DNA from: a virus
Lineage: Duplodnaviria; Heunggongvirae; Uroviricota; Caudoviricetes
DNA length: 57,059 nt
Direction: 5' to 3' (one strand)
Virus record (IMG/VR): IMGVR_UViG_3300047471_000949
Below are positions 43,631-53,945 of the stretch, in pieces. The notes under the pieces are model-generated. The model ran no database searches. It saw only the letters and a list, made by a program, of their open reading frames with translations, and was not told the origin of the DNA. The position numbers were made by a program, and so were the translations under genes. Within the stretch, counting starts at the first letter, position 1. Each line of letters begins with the position of its first letter.

Positions 43631-43726
43631 TGGCTTCAGCACCAGCCGTGCGGTGGAGATTTATAACCTCTAATATAGCGCCAGATGGGCGTCAACGGGT
43701 CGGGGCAGCACCGACGAGGCCAACCA
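43631..43726 (+). tRNA. tRNA-Ile(TAT) with long variable arm and atypical D/T loops
   Basis: TGGCTTC/GAGGCCA-ACCA; loop TTTATAA; variable hairpin GCGCC/GGCGT; T-loop GGCAGCA. Confidence 0.72.
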
Positions 43727-44009
43727 ACTTTTATTAGCCTGCTACAAAACATGACTTGGATAGATGCGATTGGACTGTTAATAGTTATTATCCTCCTCGT
43801 GGCTCTTGTGGTTATTACAAGATGATCGAAACCTATTTCGATATTCTACTTTTTTTCTTTGTAATCCCACTTACAGTCGTCGGACTATTATGGTGGGCGC
43901 TGTGGCAAACCGTCGAATATCAATACCGAAAAGAACTGAAACGACGAGCCAAACAGATAAAAACTTATGGTTGGTCCAATGAATATCAAAAACACCGACG
44001 AAATCAGTA

Positions 44010-44774
44010 ATGCTAATTGACTACGCGTATAAGTTCTCGAAGATGCGAGAGATTGGAAAATTAACAAGCCAATGTCTTGATGAACTAAAGTTTTTTATTA
44101 AACCTGGTATATCGACTGGAAACATTGACCAATTCGTTAAGAATTTTGGCGAAGACAATGATCTAAAAAACGCCCAATATGGTTACCGATTTGATAGAGA
44201 AATGCCACCGTTCCCAGGATATTGTTGCACCTCTATAAACGAGGTCCTCTGCCACGGTATTCCAGCCGAAGGCGAATTGCTGAACGATGGTGATATTGTA
44301 TCGGTTGATATTACCTTTAAATCAAAAGACGGCTATCACGGCGACGCTTGTCGGACTTATATAGTCGGACAGATTCCACAAAAGACCAGAGATTTGGTAG
44401 AGGTAGCCGAATGCGCGCTCCAGATAGGAATCCAGCAATGTTTCCCTGAAGGCAAGATTGGCGATATTGGAAAATATATCGAGGAATATATAGCTCATAA
44501 TAAAATGTATGTGGCGAAAGACTTTGTTGGCCATGGTATCGGCCAAAACTTTCATGAAAATCCTTCTATCCCACACGTATTGACTGAGGGATATAACGCC
44601 GAGGTTAGAATGCATCCTGGTGATTGTTTTACTGTTGAACCCATCATTTTATTACATCACACTAAACAGAAGGTATTGCATGATGGCTGGACTGTTCTGG
44701 GAAAAAGCCTAGCAGCTCAATTTGAAGCAACAATTGGAATCAACGAAACAGGCTATGAGGTATTTGCAAGATAA
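44010..44774 (+). CDS. map: Type I methionine aminopeptidase
   Basis: CTSINEVLCHGIP, GDIVSVDI, GYHGD, GHGIGQNFHE, FTVEP, AQFE. Confidence 0.93.
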   Translation: MLIDYAYKFSKMREIGKLTSQCLDELKFFIKPGISTGNIDQFVKNFGEDNDLKNAQYGYRFDREMPPFPGYCCTSINEVLCHGIPAEGELLNDGDIVSVDITFKSKDGYHGDACRTYIVGQIPQKTRDLVEVAECALQIGIQQCFPEGKIGDIGKYIEEYIAHNKMYVAKDFVGHGIGQNFHENPSIPHVLTEGYNAEVRMHPGDCFTVEPIILLHHTKQKVLHDGWTVLGKSLAAQFEATIGINETGYEVFAR

Positions 44775-45004
44775 TGTTATATTTATTATTACAATTCGTC
44801 GCCGCCGGAATTTTGTTGTTAGGTCTGTTTTTAATGGGAAATCATCGTAAAAGTGGTCCTTTGTTGGCAGCTTTATCTGAGGCGTTATGGATTGGCGTGT
44901 TTATTCCTCCTCGATTATGGGGTGGAATATTTTTATCATCTATTTTATTCATAATGCAAATGCGAAATTTTATTAAATGGTATAAAGAGGGAGTATCTTG
45001 GTGA
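44774..45004 (+). CDS. Small membrane protein
   Basis: Three hydrophobic segments. Confidence 0.55.
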   Translation: MLYLLLQFVAAGILLLGLFLMGNHRKSGPLLAALSEALWIGVFIPPRLWGGIFLSSILFIMQMRNFIKWYKEGVSW

Positions 45005-45481
45005 TAAGAATAGAAATCAGACTATCTAAGGACGAAAACCGCGAGTTCCGTCGTCTAAAACCTGTTCCAAACGTCGCCTTCACGTTCTGGGAACGGGTCG
45101 CCAAGCTACGCGACCTTGACCCTGGTTCGATTGTGTGGACTGATGGAAAGCTTACCGGATTGCCGCTGAGACACAACCAACACTGGTGTTATCCCGTTCC
45201 ATTGAAATGTAAAGTTGATCCGGCTACAGTAGAGATATGATAGAATTTAACCGACAACCCAGTATGTATGATATTGACTTAATTGGCGGTGTCCCAGAAT
45301 TAAACGAGGATATGAAGCGCGGAATTGCTATAGCTGCATGGATTTGTCGGAGTTATGGGGAGGGCCAACTTTGGGCTGAGACTATTGAAAGCTATGGCGA
45401 ACAAGTTCGAGCAATGTATTGGATGAAAAAAGAGAATAAATAAAAATACCTGGAACAACCAACGAGGGGATTTCATGAGCG

Positions 45482-45841
45482 ATGGAATACGGAACCTACG
45501 ACGATTACCTAAAATATCAAAAAATCGCAGCTCATCTGCGTGGTTTGCTGAATAAAATCTGGGAAAATCACAGGGTGCGGTCAGATTTAAATTATTCCGA
45601 CAGCGAAGCCTATCAAGAACTTGTTACGATGGGGGATAAAATAGTTCCCTTTATTATTAGTCGAATGATTGATGGACAGGCCGAATGGTTGCATTTAGCA
45701 TTATTAGGTGATTTAACTGGAGAAAATCCGATAAAAGAAGAACATGCTGGTCTTTTTTATCATCAAATAAACGATTGGTTAACATGGTATCTCGACTCTA
45801 AATACTATGAACAAGACGATATATATCATGGACTTTTATAA
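45482..45841 (+). CDS. Hypothetical protein
   Basis: AYQELVTMG..IVPFI...AL..LTGENP motif. Confidence 0.6.
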   Translation: MEYGTYDDYLKYQKIAAHLRGLLNKIWENHRVRSDLNYSDSEAYQELVTMGDKIVPFIISRMIDGQAEWLHLALLGDLTGENPIKEEHAGLFYHQINDWLTWYLDSKYYEQDDIYHGLL

Positions 45842-45856
45842 TGAAAGGAGCTAGAC

Positions 45857-46174
45857 TTGAAATGGACTATTTGTATTGTGTTAGTCCTTCTTTTTTCTAT
45901 GGGAACTGCTAACGCTCAATGTGGAATTGCAAGCCATTACGGAACTGAAACCGGAAACCACACCGCATCTGGGGAACGACTCAACCCCCACGCTATGACT
46001 GCAGCGCACCGAAGCTTGCCAATAGGAACACTAATCAATGTCAGAGCGCACGGAAAAAGTGTTCATGTTAGAATTAATGATCGCGGTCCTTTTATACGGG
46101 GCCGTGTGCTTGACCTCAGTGATGGCGCTGCTCGTGTGCTTGGCCTAGGCGGAACGGGGCGTGTCTGTTTTTAA
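45857..46174 (+). CDS. rlpA: RlpA-like lytic transglycosylase (double-psi beta-barrel)
   Basis: GIASHYG, TASGE, TAAHRSLPIGT, VRINDRGPF, RVLDLS. Confidence 0.9.
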   Translation: MKWTICIVLVLLFSMGTANAQCGIASHYGTETGNHTASGERLNPHAMTAAHRSLPIGTLINVRAHGKSVHVRINDRGPFIRGRVLDLSDGAARVLGLGGTGRVCF

Positions 46175-46202
46175 GATAAATAGCTTGACATCTGGATAAA
46201 AA

Positions 46203-46448
46203 ATGTATAAGATATATGTTAGAGAAAACTGTCCAATTTGTGATCAAGCCGAATCGAAACTTATCGATCACAAGGTTGAATACAAGGAAATAGTTATTGG
46301 TGTTGATATTACACGTGATGAAGTGATCAAACAGTTCCCAAATGCGACTATCGCCCCAATAATAGTTTCCCCTGATGGTTACGAAATACCTGTACAATAT
46401 CTAGATATGATACTGGTGCTTGCAGAAAGGATGCAAAAAAATGGCTAA
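46203..46448 (+). CDS. Glutaredoxin
   Basis: CPIC active site; FPNATIAPII. Confidence 0.85.
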   Translation: MYKIYVRENCPICDQAESKLIDHKVEYKEIVIGVDITRDEVIKQFPNATIAPIIVSPDGYEIPVQYLDMILVLAERMQKNG

Positions 46449-46743
46449 TTTTATGAAGTTAAATGAGACTGAGATATTAAACGAATTACGAAAAGCTGTC
46501 CTCGAGATTTTATTCGAAAAAGTTGATGGCACCAATCGTCTGATGAAATGTACTCTACAGCCAAGTTATTTTAATAAGCCGATTCCTACCGAAAGCGAAC
46601 GACAAGACCGTGCTAATTTCTTAGCTCAAGGCGAAACCGAACCACAAAAAGTCCGAGTAATCCATGTATGGGATGTGGATCAGTCTGGTTGGCGTTCAAT
46701 TAGATTAGATAAGATTATTTCAATCCAATTGACTTCTGCATAA
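46441..46743 (+). CDS. WYL_2/SH3-like conserved phage protein
   Basis: FEKVDGTNRLMKCTL...VWDVDQSGWRSIRLD. Confidence 0.8.
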   Translation: MANFMKLNETEILNELRKAVLEILFEKVDGTNRLMKCTLQPSYFNKPIPTESERQDRANFLAQGETEPQKVRVIHVWDVDQSGWRSIRLDKIISIQLTSA

Positions 46744-46756
46744 AAGGAGAAATATA

Positions 46757-47029
46757 ATGACCCTAATAAAGCTAACACTGCTAACTGACGATAGTTCTAA
46801 TGGTATGTCAGTATGGTTTCACCACGACGAAATCCGACGAGTAATTCCACTTCAGTATGGCTCAGGCGTTTTTCTTTTAAATGGAGAAAACCAAAAGTTC
46901 CAGGAAACTGCTGAAAGAATAGCGGAACTAGTAAATGGTGGGACAAACCTTCTTGGTGAAAGCGTATCTCTCAATAAGGTAAAAAAAATAAATAAGAGTA
47001 ATGAGCAAAAAACCCAAGAAACAGTCTAA
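46757..47029 (+). CDS. Hypothetical protein
   Basis: AGGAG RBS. Confidence 0.6.
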   Translation: MTLIKLTLLTDDSSNGMSVWFHHDEIRRVIPLQYGSGVFLLNGENQKFQETAERIAELVNGGTNLLGESVSLNKVKKINKSNEQKTQETV

Positions 47030-47426
47030 TAGCAATATTATACTATTTCCGCCTTCCCGAGTAGTAAATCCAACCAGATCAGCTCTTCGTTCTGAAGATG
47101 TTCCTAAGAGTATTGAACATATTAACAACGCCACCTCTCTTTTAAAAATCAAACGAATAGATCAAATAATGGAGGAGATGCTTCCAGTTATTGCACAAGG
47201 CTTCTTAACAAAGGGAGTGGTTCTTAATAAACAAAACGAAATGAAACCTTGTGCATTTATGATAGAGACTATTCGATCGGTGGTATGTATGCACTTTGGA
47301 ATAAGGCACCCGTTCCATGAACTGGCTGAAAATATATTCCATCAAGACAACGCTACCGGAATCATAACAGTGAAGGAAATCGCCGTCAAAGATATGTCGG
47401 CCAATAGCGTAGGCGCAAATACATGA
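47001..47426 (+). CDS. Conserved T4-like hypothetical protein
   Basis: NIILFP...FMIETIRS...HPFHELAENIF. Confidence 0.7.
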   Translation: MSKKPKKQSNSNIILFPPSRVVNPTRSALRSEDVPKSIEHINNATSLLKIKRIDQIMEEMLPVIAQGFLTKGVVLNKQNEMKPCAFMIETIRSVVCMHFGIRHPFHELAENIFHQDNATGIITVKEIAVKDMSANSVGANT

Positions 47427-47833
47427 TCAAGAAATACTTTTATCAGATACTTCAAGAAATCTGTATGGCTCCTACCCGACAGGATAAGATTATTTTACTC
47501 CGCCATCATGATGAGCCGGCCTTGCGTGGCTATCTCAAAATGGCGTTCGATAGGAACTTGAACTGGTTACTACCTGATGGCGCTCCTCCATTTAAGCCGT
47601 GTGCGGAACTAGACGTTGAGTTTGTCCTTCGACACGAATATCGCCGCATGTATATATTCCTGGAAGGCGGTAATCCCAACCTTAAACAGAAACAGCGCGA
47701 AGCACTATTCGTCACTTTATTAGAATCAGTTCATCCCAAAGATGCGGAGTTTTTGGTTGATGTGGTGAAGGACAAGAAGGTTCCGCCAGGGATTGATGCA
47801 AGGATTATTCAGGAGGCTTGGCCAGGCTGGTAA
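47423..47833 (+). CDS. Conserved T4-like hypothetical protein
   Basis: WLLPDGAPPF...YIFLEGGN.NL...REALFVTLLESVHPKDA. Confidence 0.8.
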   Translation: MIKKYFYQILQEICMAPTRQDKIILLRHHDEPALRGYLKMAFDRNLNWLLPDGAPPFKPCAELDVEFVLRHEYRRMYIFLEGGNPNLKQKQREALFVTLLESVHPKDAEFLVDVVKDKKVPPGIDARIIQEAWPGW

Positions 47834-48381
47834 TATGGAACGCAGATCATTATTAACAGGTATTTTTAGTCTGATTGCAGCGTTGCCTTTTATGAAAATA
47901 GCACCTGCAGTCGCAGATGAGTATGAGTTTGTTCGACAGCTTGGCGACGGTTATGTTTTAAAGCGAAGATTATTGCCCAAGGAAACGTGGTTATATCCGA
48001 GCGTGCCGAATTATGCTTTTTGTGTTGAAAAGGACGGCAAAATATTCAGGGGGTAACAATGATTAAGATGACGCGAAACGAGTTTGATAATCTTCCCACC
48101 AAAAGGACTTTTAGTCAGAACGATGTCGGCAAAATATTTGGTATGCCCGACTATGCTCCTTTCACAGATAAGCCGGTTGTTTTTGTTGGTAAGCCTGATG
48201 ATTTTACACAAGTTGCATATGAACTTAATATTGTAGAGTTTATCTAAGAACAACAAGGAGTAAAAATGTCTAAATCGTTCAAGCAAGACGATGATTATTT
48301 TAACTTAAAGAAACGAAAGTTCAGAGAAAGAAGGACACAAAAACTAAAGAAGCCAAAGAACGGAAAGACAGCGGAAGAAAA

Positions 48382-48630
48382 ATGCCCACCTACAGAATTC
48401 GCCACAGAAGAACCAACAAAATAAAAGAGCTGTTTATGTCCATTTCGGAGATGGAAGAATATGAAAAACAGCATCCTGAGGAAGAGGTAATGTGTGGTGC
48501 CCCTCTTTTGCATTCAGGAGGAGACTTAGGCCTAAAATCGGCCAGAACCGATGAAGCATTCAAAGATAAACTGCGGGAAATAGATAAACGAAGCCCCGGT
48601 AATACACTCGGTGACTATGCAAAATTTTAA
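48382..48630 (+). CDS. Conserved T4-like small protein (MPTY family)
   Basis: MPTYR...ELFMSISEMEEY...P...DEAFKDKL.EI...PG. Confidence 0.75.
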   Translation: MPTYRIRHRRTNKIKELFMSISEMEEYEKQHPEEEVMCGAPLLHSGGDLGLKSARTDEAFKDKLREIDKRSPGNTLGDYAKF

Positions 48631-49298
48631 TGTTTAATCATCAACTTCTCCCTCGCTTAGAGCTGGACCGCAAAGATACTAAAGCCGGTCGCTGCTATAT
48701 TACGCCGGTAGGTATTGTGCCTAGTGTTACTACCGTAATCGACAATCTGCAGGATAAAACCTTCCTTAAACGATGGCGAGAGAAGATTGGCGATCTTGAG
48801 GCAGATAGGATAGTTCAAGAATCCAGAAAGCACGGAAACACGATCCATAAGTTATGTGAGAGTTATTTACTCAACCAGCGAGTGTGGAAAATGGATGAAA
48901 CTGTTAATCCTAACGATATAAGACCTTTTCACAACATCACACCCATATTAGATAAAAACATCGAAACAGTTTATGGAGTAGAATTACCAGTATGGAGCGC
49001 TACGTTAAAAACCGCAGGAACTACCGATGCTGTGGTCAAATGGCAAAAAGAAAACACCATACTTGACTTCAAGACCTCGCGAAAACCCATAGAGCGAAAG
49101 AGTGAAAAGTTTCGGCTTTATATGCTTCAAGCGGTCATCTATTCGATCCTTGTTAGAGAACAGTATGCCATAGATTGTCCGTGGAGTACAATTTTAGTGA
49201 TTGTCAAAAACGAAAAACCAGAAATTACACGATTTAGAAATCGTGATTATGAAAAAATAGCCGCGGATATCTTCCTTCGAGCTTTGACAACCCGATAA
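48630..49298 (+). CDS. PD-(D/E)XK exonuclease
   Basis: RCYITP..PSVTTV, GNTIHKLCE, AGTTD, ILDFKTS, Y.LQ...Y. Confidence 0.88.
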   Translation: MFNHQLLPRLELDRKDTKAGRCYITPVGIVPSVTTVIDNLQDKTFLKRWREKIGDLEADRIVQESRKHGNTIHKLCESYLLNQRVWKMDETVNPNDIRPFHNITPILDKNIETVYGVELPVWSATLKTAGTTDAVVKWQKENTILDFKTSRKPIERKSEKFRLYMLQAVIYSILVREQYAIDCPWSTILVIVKNEKPEITRFRNRDYEKIAADIFLRALTTR

Positions 49299-49341
49299 TT
49301 ATCGGTAATACACGACTAAATAACACCGAGGAAAATGCATT

Positions 49342-51261
49342 TTGACAATGTTGAATTCTCTCGTTACAAAATACTCTGCTAAACCTGAAATAATCTCGTT
49401 CCGAGAGTATCTAGACCGCTGTCGGGCGGAACCATCATCATACAACACTGCAGCCGAGCGGCTGCTTAAAGCTATTGGTAAACCAAAGATCATCGATACT
49501 CAAGATGATCCCATCCTCTCGCGCATCTTCTCCAACCGCAAGATCAAGCTCTATGAAACGTTCTCTGACTTCTATGGACTCGAGGATGTGATCGACAATC
49601 TGGTCAATGTAATCAAATACAACGCTCAGAACCTCGAAGAATCTAAGTCGATTCTTTATATGCTAGGACCTGTGGGCGGCGGCAAGTCATCGCTAGTCGA
49701 AAAACTCAAGCTGCTGATGGAACAAGAGCCAATCTATGTCGTGCAAGACTCTCCGGTATTCGATAATCCTCTAAACGTATTCTGGGGCAGTGACCTCTCT
49801 CGTATCGAGAAAGAATACAAAATCCCATCCTACTACATTCGCACTTGTCCATCACCGTGGCTAGTACAGAAACTGAAAGACCTCAAGGGCGACCTCGGCC
49901 AACTCAAGGTCGAAAAGCTTTATCCATCCATTCTGGATCAAGTCGCCATTTCCAAGATTGAACCTGGCGACGAAAACAATACCGACATCTCAACGCTGGT
50001 TGGCAAAATCGACATTCGCAAGCTTGAAAGCTACTCGCAGAATCATCCCTATGCCTATAACTACTCGGGAGGCCTCTGTCGCGGCAACCGTGGCTTGGTT
50101 GACTTCGTGGAAATGTTCAAGGCCCCGCTAAAGATGCTCAATCCACTGCTTACCGCCACCCAGGAGCGTAACTTCAACGGAACCGAGAATATCGGCTCCA
50201 TCCCATTCGAGGCTATTATTGCCGCCCACTCGAACGAAGAAGAATGGATGCAGTTCAAGAACAAGTCCACCAATAAACCATTCGTTGATCGTATCTCCTT
50301 GGTCAAAGTGCCCTATTGTCTTCGTTCTAAGGAAGAAGCCAGGATTTACGAAAAGCTAATCTCTAACTCCACTCTTCGTGCCGCTCCTTGTGCGCCTTGG
50401 ACCCTCGAAATGTTGTCCAAGTTCGCTGTGCTTTCGCGGCTGCACGACACCTCAAACTCCACACTCTATTCCAAGCTGCGGGTCTATGATGGGGAAAACC
50501 TGAAGGACACCGATCCAAACGCCAAGCCCATCTCCGAATATAAGGATGAGGCGGGGGTCACCGAAGGGATGACCGGAGTATCAACACGGTTCGCCTTTCG
50601 AGTTCTTTCCAAGACCTTTAATGTCGATCACGAAGAAGCCGCAGCCAATCCTATCCATCTGATGTATCTGCTTCGGACGGAGATTATGAAGGAGCAGTTC
50701 CCCAAGGATAATGAAGCCAAGCTGCTCGGCTTCCTCGACAGTGTTCTCCACGAAAAATATCTGGAGTTCGTTGAGAAGCAAATCCGATCAGCGCTATTAG
50801 CGGCTCATGGTGATTATTGCCAGACAACATTCAACAAGTATGTTGATTGGGCTGATGCCTGGCTGCGCGAAACCGACTATCGTGATCCTGATACTCAAAC
50901 TATGCTCGACAAGGCCGCGATCAATTCCTCGCTAGAAAAGGTCGAGAAGGCAGGCTTGAATATCTCGAATCCTCGCGAGTGGCGTTATGAAATCGTCGCA
51001 TTCGTGTTGCGCTACAAAGCCGGCCATAAGGGCGAAATGCCGAAATGGGATGCTTATGCAAAGATGCGTGATGTGATCGAGAGACAAGTTCTCGACACCA
51101 CCGAAGCCTTTTTGCCGATCATCTCGTTTTCTCCGAAATCATCTGATGAGGATCGTAAGAAGCACGACGACTTTGTAGCTCGAATGAAGGACCTGGGATA
51201 TACTCCGCGACAGGCTCGATTGATAGTCGAGTGGTTTATGAGGGTGCGTAAATACACCTGA
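49342..51261 (+). CDS. prkA: PrkA/YeaG AAA+ serine kinase-family protein
   Basis: GPVGGGKSSL, EPGDENNTDISTLVG, GGLCRGNRGL, EMFKAP, VKVPYCL. Confidence 0.95.
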   Translation: MTMLNSLVTKYSAKPEIISFREYLDRCRAEPSSYNTAAERLLKAIGKPKIIDTQDDPILSRIFSNRKIKLYETFSDFYGLEDVIDNLVNVIKYNAQNLEESKSILYMLGPVGGGKSSLVEKLKLLMEQEPIYVVQDSPVFDNPLNVFWGSDLSRIEKEYKIPSYYIRTCPSPWLVQKLKDLKGDLGQLKVEKLYPSILDQVAISKIEPGDENNTDISTLVGKIDIRKLESYSQNHPYAYNYSGGLCRGNRGLVDFVEMFKAPLKMLNPLLTATQERNFNGTENIGSIPFEAIIAAHSNEEEWMQFKNKSTNKPFVDRISLVKVPYCLRSKEEARIYEKLISNSTLRAAPCAPWTLEMLSKFAVLSRLHDTSNSTLYSKLRVYDGENLKDTDPNAKPISEYKDEAGVTEGMTGVSTRFAFRVLSKTFNVDHEEAAANPIHLMYLLRTEIMKEQFPKDNEAKLLGFLDSVLHEKYLEFVEKQIRSALLAAHGDYCQTTFNKYVDWADAWLRETDYRDPDTQTMLDKAAINSSLEKVEKAGLNISNPREWRYEIVAFVLRYKAGHKGEMPKWDAYAKMRDVIERQVLDTTEAFLPIISFSPKSSDEDRKKHDDFVARMKDLGYTPRQARLIVEWFMRVRKYT

Positions 51262-52487
51262 TGGCCGTAATCATCGACTCAAGAACCACCAACAAAGCCC
51301 ACCGATCCGCCGATAATCGACGAAAGTTCATCAACCGGATTCGTGGAAGTATCAAAAACTCGCTTCCCGCAATCCTGGGGGAGGGCAAGTTCGATACTCG
51401 TGCTCAATCTGATCAAAAAGTCAGAGTTCCGCACAGCAAGCTTGCCGAACCAAAATTTTCGTATGATCGAAGCGAAACCGAAAACCATATCGTTACTGGA
51501 AATGTCGAGTTTAAGCGAGGCGATCGTATTCCAAAACCCGAAAAAGAAGACGGTTCAGGCCGCCGCGGCAGTCTTACTGATGACGGCTCGCACGACGATT
51601 TCATCGTCCAAATCTCCCCCGAAGAGTTCTTGAACTACTTTTTCAATGACCTTGAACTGCCGGACCTCGTCAAAAAGGAACTGGCCACAGTCAATGAGTT
51701 TCTTCGCGTCAATGCTGGATACCAAATCGAGGGCCCTCCTGGTCGATTATCAATCGTCAAATCCCTGAAAAACGCTTACCTTCGTCGTATGGCTTTCGTT
51801 GGTCCATACAAACACCAAATCCACGAGGAAGAAGAAAAAGACGATCCTGATCAAGACCGCATTGAAGAATTGGAACGCAAAATAAAGGCCATACCGTATA
51901 TCGACACCTTTGATCTACGCTATCGTTACTTTGCGTTAGACCCACAACCTGCAACAACAGCAACGATGTTCTGTATTCAGGACATTTCAGGTTCGTTGGG
52001 AGAACACGAAAAAACGATTGCTCGAAAATTCTTTTATTTGCTTTATCTCTTTCTGGTAAAAAAATATCAAAGAGTCGAATTGGTATGGATTGTTCATACT
52101 GCTGAAGCTCATGAAGTCGGTGAGGAGGAGTTCTTTACAACAACCCAAACTGGAGGCACAGTGATATCGACAGCATTGGAGCTGGCCAAGCAATTGATTG
52201 AAAGCAAGTATAGTCCGAGCAAGTCCAATCTATACTTCCTTCAGATTACTGATGGAGATAACGCAACTGAAGATAATCCAAACGTTTCACAATTACTTGA
52301 CGATCTAATGCCATTGGTTCAGTTTTTTGGTTATATCCAGATTGAGCAAGAGGCCGTCGCCTTCCCCTGGCCAAAGGTAATGGACGTTTATCAAGAGAAG
52401 AAGAACCCAAAACTACGAGCCAGTATTGTTCGTCATAGCCGAGAAATTTGGCCGCTATTCCGAGACCTTTTCAAGAGCAAGTCATAA
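51261..52487 (+). CDS. yeaH: YeaH/YhbH (DUF444) vWA-like protein
   Basis: NRRKFINR, DLELP.L, DLRYR, MFCIQDISGS, GGTVIS, DGDN. Confidence 0.92.
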   Translation: MAVIIDSRTTNKAHRSADNRRKFINRIRGSIKNSLPAILGEGKFDTRAQSDQKVRVPHSKLAEPKFSYDRSETENHIVTGNVEFKRGDRIPKPEKEDGSGRRGSLTDDGSHDDFIVQISPEEFLNYFFNDLELPDLVKKELATVNEFLRVNAGYQIEGPPGRLSIVKSLKNAYLRRMAFVGPYKHQIHEEEEKDDPDQDRIEELERKIKAIPYIDTFDLRYRYFALDPQPATTATMFCIQDISGSLGEHEKTIARKFFYLLYLFLVKKYQRVELVWIVHTAEAHEVGEEEFFTTTQTGGTVISTALELAKQLIESKYSPSKSNLYFLQITDGDNATEDNPNVSQLLDDLMPLVQFFGYIQIEQEAVAFPWPKVMDVYQEKKNPKLRASIVRHSREIWPLFRDLFKSKS

Positions 52488-53938
52488 TGGTATATAAATC
52501 TAAATTTCCGTTATTTCGCTCCGGCGAAGATTGGACTATTCCAAAGATCAAAAACGTTATGGACGTGATCGAGGGCATTGCTCACGAATGGAAAATGCCG
52601 CTCTATCCTAACCAGATCGAGGTTATCGACTTTGAAGGGATGATCAACTCTTATGTATCGATCGGTGTGCCTATTCTTTATAACCACTGGAGCTTCGGCA
52701 AGCAATTCGAGATAATCAAAAAGCGCTATAATCTAGGGGTGATGGGACTGGCTCTTGAAATGGTATTAAACACCAATCCCTGCATTAACTATATTCTTGA
52801 ACAAAATGATATGACTTCCCAGTGTATGGTGCTTTGCCACTCAAGCGTTGGACATAATTTTGTATTCAAGAACAACTTTGTGTTCCAGGAGTTCACTGAA
52901 CCTGATGCTATTGTCAACTACCTAAAGTTTGCCAAAGCCTATATTCAGAAGTGTGAAGAAAAGTATGGAGAAGACGAAGTCGAGGACTGGCTTGATTGTT
53001 GTCATGCAATCTCTGATTACGGAATTGATAGTTTTACTCGCCGAACCAAAAAGAAGGAGGAAAGTGACGAAGACTATCTGGCGGCTAAACTGACCGAAGA
53101 ACGTATCAAAAACTTCGATGCAGTATGGGAAGCCACAGTTCCCAAGATCGAACAAAAAGAAGAAAATAGCGTTATGCTGGCCAAGCCAGAAGAAAATCTG
53201 CTCTACTTTATTGAGAAGAACGCCAAATGGTTACCACCCTGGAAACGAGAAATCATTCGTATTGTCCGCAAGGTTGCGCAATACTTCTACCCGCAAGCCA
53301 AGGACAAAGTCATCAACGAGGGCTTCGCAAGCTTTATACATATGGAGCTAATGACTACGCTTTATGAACGAGGCTATATCGACGACGGTTCGTATATGCA
53401 GTTTTTACATCTACATTCGGGCGTTATCAACCAACGAGGCCTCACTGTCGATATCAATCCTTATACGCTAGGCTATAACATCTTCCGCGACATTAAGCGT
53501 GCTTGTAAAGACCAAACCGAGGAGGACAAATTGTTTTATGGAACGACTTCTTTGGACTACAACTATCTAGACTTTACCAAATCAATCGCGGCCGGATTTG
53601 TTGATTCTTCCTTCTTAGCTCAATTTCTAAGCCCAAAAGTCATTCGCGATATGAAGCTGTTCTCTATCGAGGACAAGGAAGACGATGACTTTTTTACCGT
53701 GACCGAAATCCACGACGAGATTGGATACGACAACATCCGCAAGCTGCTCTCGATAAGATACGAGCGAAGCAATTCAATTCCGAACATTCAGGTAGTTGGA
53801 GCCGATCTGAATGGCGATAGAACTCTCTATCTCAAGCACTTCAGGACGGCGCGACCGCTACACGAAGACGACGCAGACGAAACTTTGGAATATGTTTCGA
53901 ACTTATGGGAATTCGAGATAAACTTCGAAAGTGTCTAA
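52487..53938 (+). CDS. ycgB: SpoVR/YcgB-family protein
   Basis: YPNQIEVI, YNHWSFGK, EMVLNTNPCI, GHN.VFKNN, YFYPQ..KVINEGFAS. Confidence 0.93.
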   Translation: MVYKSKFPLFRSGEDWTIPKIKNVMDVIEGIAHEWKMPLYPNQIEVIDFEGMINSYVSIGVPILYNHWSFGKQFEIIKKRYNLGVMGLALEMVLNTNPCINYILEQNDMTSQCMVLCHSSVGHNFVFKNNFVFQEFTEPDAIVNYLKFAKAYIQKCEEKYGEDEVEDWLDCCHAISDYGIDSFTRRTKKKEESDEDYLAAKLTEERIKNFDAVWEATVPKIEQKEENSVMLAKPEENLLYFIEKNAKWLPPWKREIIRIVRKVAQYFYPQAKDKVINEGFASFIHMELMTTLYERGYIDDGSYMQFLHLHSGVINQRGLTVDINPYTLGYNIFRDIKRACKDQTEEDKLFYGTTSLDYNYLDFTKSIAAGFVDSSFLAQFLSPKVIRDMKLFSIEDKEDDDFFTVTEIHDEIGYDNIRKLLSIRYERSNSIPNIQVVGADLNGDRTLYLKHFRTARPLHEDDADETLEYVSNLWEFEINFESV

Positions 53939-53945
53939 AAAAGTT

